Assembly (NCBI GenBank): GCA_963696405.1
Contig: CAVOJY010000003.1
Location: 262,156 to 326,155, forward strand
Length of the DNA: 64,000 bases
DNA from: an uncultured Chloroflexia bacterium
Lineage (GTDB): Bacteria > Chloroflexota > Limnocylindria > Limnocylindrales > CSP1-4
Direction: 5' to 3'
Shown: one piece after another, positions 59,654-64,000 of the stretch
Layout of the letters: the number at the start of each line of letters is the position of its first letter
Numbering within the stretch: the first letter of the stretch is position 1
The notes under the pieces: generated by a model
Told to the model about the DNA's origin: nothing
The model's database searches: none
The model's input: only the letters and a program-made list of their open reading frames with translations
Made by a program: the position numbers and the translations under genes

Positions 59654-60934
59654 ATGACGCCGCAGGCGGCCGGCCACGAGACGACCGGCACCATCATCAA
59701 CCCCTGGCATGTCGCGCAGGAGCAGTTCGACCTGGCTGCGGATCGGCTCGACCTCGACCCAAGCATTCGGCGCGTGCTCCGGCGACCCCGGCGCGAGTTG
59801 ACCGTGTCCGTCCCGGTCCGGATGGACGACGGATCGACCTACGTGTTCGAGGGGTACCGCGTCCACCACAACATCACCCGCGGCCCGGCCAAGGGCGGCA
59901 TCCGGTACCACCCGGACGTCACGCTCGACGAGGTGCGCGCCCTCGCCATGTGGATGACGTGGAAGTGCGCCGTCGTCGGGATCCCCTTCGGCGGCGCCAA
60001 GGGCGGCGTGGTGGTGGATCCCGCGAAGATGTCTCGCCACGAAATCGAGGGGCTGACCCGGCGGTTCACCACCGAGATCAGCGTCCTCATGGGCCCCGAC
60101 AGCGACATCCCGGCTCCGGACGTCAACACCAATGCCCAGACCATGGCCTGGATCATGGACACGTACTCCATGCACGTGGGCCACACTGTCCCGGCCGTGG
60201 TCACCGGCAAGCCGGTCCACCTCGGCGGTTCGCTGGGCCGGCGCGAAGCGACCGGGCACGGCGTCACGTTCACGCTCCAGGCTGCGGCCGATGCCCTCGG
60301 CGAGAAGGTCGAGGGGATGCGCGCGGTCGTCCAGGGCTACGGCAATGTCGGCTCGCACTTTGCCCTGACCGCGCAGCCCCTCGGCGTCCGGATCATCGCG
60401 GTCGGGGATGCCGGTGGGGCCGTCATGAACGATGCCGGCATCGACGCCGTGCAGGCCGCGGCGTGGGTCCAGCGAACGGGAACCATCGCGGGCTTTCCGG
60501 GGACGCGGCCCATCGATCCCGGCGAGCTCCTCGAGCTGGAGTGCGACGTCCTCGTGCCGGCGGCGCTCGAGAACGTCATCACCGGCGAGAATGCCGGCCG
60601 CATCCGGGCCCGCATCATTGCCGAGGGTGCCAACGGCCCCACGACTCCCGAGGCGGACCGGATCCTCGAGGGGAAGGGGGTCTTCATGCTCCCCGACATC
60701 CTCGCGAACGCCGGCGGCGTCACTGTCAGCTACTTCGAGTGGGTCCAGGACCTCAACCGCGATTTCTGGGACCACGATGTCGTGGTGGAGAAGCTGCGCT
60801 CGATCATGTTCCGCTCCTTCGACGAGGTGTGGGCCATGAGCCAGCGCGAGAAGGTGGACATGCGGACGGCGGCCTACCTGCTGGCGGTCGCCCGGGTCGC
60901 CCAGGCCACCGAGGAGCGGGGGATCTACCCCTGA
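59654..60934 (+). CDS. gdhA: Glutamate dehydrogenase, paralog 1
   Basis: GPAKGGIRY, GGAKGG, PAPD, GYGNVG, EGANGP. Confidence 0.93.
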   Translation: MTPQAAGHETTGTIINPWHVAQEQFDLAADRLDLDPSIRRVLRRPRRELTVSVPVRMDDGSTYVFEGYRVHHNITRGPAKGGIRYHPDVTLDEVRALAMWMTWKCAVVGIPFGGAKGGVVVDPAKMSRHEIEGLTRRFTTEISVLMGPDSDIPAPDVNTNAQTMAWIMDTYSMHVGHTVPAVVTGKPVHLGGSLGRREATGHGVTFTLQAAADALGEKVEGMRAVVQGYGNVGSHFALTAQPLGVRIIAVGDAGGAVMNDAGIDAVQAAAWVQRTGTIAGFPGTRPIDPGELLELECDVLVPAALENVITGENAGRIRARIIAEGANGPTTPEADRILEGKGVFMLPDILANAGGVTVSYFEWVQDLNRDFWDHDVVVEKLRSIMFRSFDEVWAMSQREKVDMRTAAYLLAVARVAQATEERGIYP

Positions 60935-61169
60935 CACTCCTCGGGTCGCCCGGGCCCGCCTGACGCGACCGCAGGTCACCCGACGGAACGGCTCGACCCT
61001 CGGCGGAACCGCCTTTCCCGAGGGTAGGGCCACGGGCCGGATGTCCCGCTGTTTCGGGCTGTTCGATGCCGTCCGCCCCATGCCGGCGGGGGTATAGTCC
61101 CGGCGATGTGGCGCGCACGGCCGGGCGCCCTCGACGGCCGACCGCGCCCCGATCGGAGGAACACGTCCC

Positions 61170-62435
61170 ATGACCAGCGAGCAGGTCGGCGCGAAGATCA
61201 ACGCCTGGGAAGTCGCCCAGCACCAGTTCGACCTGGCGGCCGACCTCCTGGGCCTGGAGCCGGGTATCCGGGAGGTGCTGCGGGAGTGCCGGCGGGAGTT
61301 CACCTGCCACTTCCCGGTGAAGATGGACGATGGCTCCGTCAAGGTGATCACCGGCCACCGCGTCCAGCACAACGTCGTCCGCGGCCCGGCCAAGGGCGGC
61401 ATCCGCTACCACCAGGACGTCACCCTCGACGAGGTCAAGGCCCTCGCCATGTGGATGACCTGGAAGTGTGCGGTGGTGGGCATCCCCTACGGCGGCGGCA
61501 AGGGCGGCGTGGTGGTCGACCCCAAGAAGATGAGCCGCCGCGAGCTGGAGGCGATGACCCGCCGCTACACCACCGAGATCAGCGTCCTGATCGGGCCGGA
61601 GAGCGACATCCCCGCGCCGGACGTCAACACCAACTCGCAGACCATGGCCTGGATCCTCGACACGTACTCCATGCACGTGGGGTACACCGTCCCGGCCGTG
61701 GTCACCGGCAAGCCGGTCAGCCTGGGCGGCTCGGAGGGCCGCAACGAGGCCACCGCCCGCGGCTGCGTGTTCACCATCGTCGAGGCCGCCAAGGACCTCG
61801 GAATCGACCTCGCCCGGGCGAAGGTGGTGGTCCAGGGGTTCGGCAACGCGGGCTCCATCGCCTCCCAGCTCATGACCCTCGAGGGCTCGAAGGTCGTCGC
61901 CGTGTCGGACTCCACGGGCGGCATCGTGAACGAGGCGGGGCTCGACCCCGACCGCGTCATCGTCTGGAAGCAGGAGCACGGCACGGTCCAGGGCTTCCCC
62001 GGCGCCAGGGACATCACCAACGCCGAGGTGCTCGAGATCCCCTGCGACGTCCTCATCCCGGCGGCGCTGGAGAACCAGATCACCGCGGCGAACGTCGACC
62101 GCATCGACACGCGGATCGTGGCCGAGGCGGCCAACGGCCCGACCACCCCGGAGGCCGACCGCCGCCTGCACGAGCGCGGCATCTTCATGATCCCCGACAT
62201 CCTGGCCAACGCCGGCGGCGTCACGGTCAGCTACTTCGAGTGGGTCCAGGACCTCAACCGGGACCACTGGAGCGAGCAGATCGTGAACGCCAAGCTCCGG
62301 GAGATCATGACCAAGTCGTTCGCCGAGACCCTCGCCATGGCGAAGAAGCGATCGGTCGACATGCGCACGGCCGCCTACCTCCTGGCGGTGGATCGCGTCG
62401 CCAACGCCACGGCCCTCCGCGGTCTCTATCCCTGA
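61170..62435 (+). CDS. gdhA: Glutamate dehydrogenase, paralog 2
   Basis: GPAKGGIRY, GGGKGG, PAPD, GFGNAG, EAANGP. Confidence 0.94.
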   Translation: MTSEQVGAKINAWEVAQHQFDLAADLLGLEPGIREVLRECRREFTCHFPVKMDDGSVKVITGHRVQHNVVRGPAKGGIRYHQDVTLDEVKALAMWMTWKCAVVGIPYGGGKGGVVVDPKKMSRRELEAMTRRYTTEISVLIGPESDIPAPDVNTNSQTMAWILDTYSMHVGYTVPAVVTGKPVSLGGSEGRNEATARGCVFTIVEAAKDLGIDLARAKVVVQGFGNAGSIASQLMTLEGSKVVAVSDSTGGIVNEAGLDPDRVIVWKQEHGTVQGFPGARDITNAEVLEIPCDVLIPAALENQITAANVDRIDTRIVAEAANGPTTPEADRRLHERGIFMIPDILANAGGVTVSYFEWVQDLNRDHWSEQIVNAKLREIMTKSFAETLAMAKKRSVDMRTAAYLLAVDRVANATALRGLYP

Positions 62436-62586
62436 TCTCGTGGGCGCTCGACGCCCACCCACAACGCACGCAGGCAGTCCCATCGGCCGCCGCCCGCTTC
62501 CGCCGGCGGCGGCCTCACATTTGCCGGGCCTCATCGACGTCCCTCTGTTCCGCTGACCCGGTCGCGGCCGCGGCATACTAGGTTCC

Positions 62587-64000
62587 GTGAAGATGCCGGT
62601 TTCCGCCGCGGGACGCGCGGGGCTTGCCTCACTCGCCGGGGTCGCCTGTCTCGGGGGCACAACCGCGCTGATCGCCGCTCTCGAGAGCGTCGTCGGGGTT
62701 CCGAATGCCTCTGCGGCGTACCTCCTGGCCGTCGTCATCATGGCGGTGGCCTTCGGGACGTGGGCGGCCATCTGCACCTCCGTCGCCGCGCTGCTCCTCT
62801 ACGACTTCTTCTTCGTCCTGCCGTTCTACACGTTCACCATCAGCGACCCGGCCGAATGGCTGAACCTCCTCGTGCTCCTCGGTGTGGGAATTGTCGTCGG
62901 GCAGCTGGCCGCGCTCCAGCGCAACCGCGCCGAGGCGGCCCTCGCTCGGGAACAGGAATCGCGGGCGCTGTTCGAGGTCTCGCGGGCCCTTGCGACCGGC
63001 GATCAGCCTCAGTCGACCCTCCCGGCTGTTGCAGGGTCGCTGCTGGCGCCGTCAGGCATGGACCGGCTGTGGATCGGTCTCGGGTCCACCCCGGTGCAGG
63101 AGATGATCGCGGGCGAAGCCGGCGAAGGTCGCCGCGGAGCGATGCCGGCAATTCGCATGGTGCTGGCCGGAACACCCGGCTCGACTCCGGCGGGCGGGTG
63201 GGTCCGGATCCATGTGCCGGGTCTTGAGCCGTCCGCGCGAGGGTCGGGCCAGACGGCCTACCAGGTTCCGATTCGGAGCGGCGAGCGCGCCCTCGGTTCG
63301 ATCTGGGCGACGCGGACCCGCGGCAGGCGGGTTCCATCGCCTGAACAGACCCGCCTCCTCCAGGGCGCCGCCGACCAGATCGCACAGACGCTCGTGCGGG
63401 AACAGCTCGGTCGGGAGGCGACGAGTGCCGAAGTCGCCCGGCGGAGCGAGGCTGCGAAGAGCGCGCTGCTCGACTCAGTCTCGCATGATCTGCGCACGCC
63501 GCTGGCTTCGATCCGGGCGGCGGCCGGCAGCCTCATGGACCCGGCCGTCCGCTGGGAGCCCGACGAGCAGCGGTCAACCGCGGCCGCCATCGACCGCGAG
63601 GCGGAGCGCCTGAACCAGCTCGTCACGAACCTGCTGGACATGAGCCGCATCGAGGCGGGTGCCCTCAAGGCCGTACGGCAGGTGGTGGCGCTCGACGACG
63701 TGGTCGGCGAGGCGCTCGCCCGGCAGGAGGGGGTCCTGGCCGATCGGCGGCTCACAATCGAAGTCACCGACCGGCTGCCGCTCGTGGAGGTTGATCCCCT
63801 GTTCATGGATCAGATCCTCGCGAACATCCTGCAGAACGCGGCGCGCTACACGCCGACGACGGCACGCATCTCGATCCGGGGCGAGGCGCTGTCCGAGGAG
63901 CGGTTCGTACGCCTCACCGTCGAGGACGAGGGTCCGGGCGTGCCGGACGACGCCCTGCCGCACCTGTTCGACAAGTTCTACCGGGTGCCCCGGCCCCGGG
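62587..64000 (+). CDS. KdpD-like sensor histidine kinase (DUF4118-GAF-HisKA-HATPase), runs off the window
   Basis: TM region YDFFF..P.YTF.I, H-box SHDLRTPL, N-box NILQNA, DEGPG, FDKFYR; missing from the ORF track because it has no stop. Confidence 0.88.
   Translation, partial: MKMPVSAAGRAGLASLAGVACLGGTTALIAALESVVGVPNASAAYLLAVVIMAVAFGTWAAICTSVAALLLYDFFFVLPFYTFTISDPAEWLNLLVLLGVGIVVGQLAALQRNRAEAALAREQESRALFEVSRALATGDQPQSTLPAVAGSLLAPSGMDRLWIGLGSTPVQEMIAGEAGEGRRGAMPAIRMVLAGTPGSTPAGGWVRIHVPGLEPSARGSGQTAYQVPIRSGERALGSIWATRTRGRRVPSPEQTRLLQGAADQIAQTLVREQLGREATSAEVARRSEAAKSALLDSVSHDLRTPLASIRAAAGSLMDPAVRWEPDEQRSTAAAIDREAERLNQLVTNLLDMSRIEAGALKAVRQVVALDDVVGEALARQEGVLADRRLTIEVTDRLPLVEVDPLFMDQILANILQNAARYTPTTARISIRGEALSEERFVRLTVEDEGPGVPDDALPHLFDKFYRVPRPR

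Noticed and set aside
59648-62777. Long antisense ORFs over the gdh genes, and similar ones over rbcL and DUF2252
   Set aside because: Shadow ORFs expected from high-GC codon bias; no recognisable motifs.

Overview
High-GC bacterial chromosomal window. Gene content and small conserved hypotheticals suggest a soil/sediment Chloroflexota such as Limnocylindria/Ellin6529 (inference). The most notable locus is a compact co-oriented cbbR-prk-rbcL-rbcS cassette (49.7-53.7 kb). It encodes an apparently intact Form I RuBisCO with mixed green/red-type signatures, a short green-type small subunit and a cyanobacterial/plant-type PRK. No chaperone, activase, carboxysome or other Calvin-cycle genes lie in the window, and zinc-ribbon genes flank the cassette. 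The window also holds tRNA-Glu and tRNA-Arg around an orphan N4C/N6A DNA methyltransferase, and a decayed ~7.3 kb island at tRNA-Arg (recombinase-tail remnant plus a 14-bp att-like repeat). Further items: an MtnP/MtnA-like/class II aldolase (DHAP-shunt-like) cluster, a stand-alone CarH/AerR-type B12-binding protein, a DoxX + Tat-Rieske pair, tandem glutamate dehydrogenases, two long structured intergenic elements, a DnaA-box-like array and many leaderless-gene promoter signatures. Several single-base frameshifts suggest assembly errors. All product calls come from motif recognition by eye; no searches were run.
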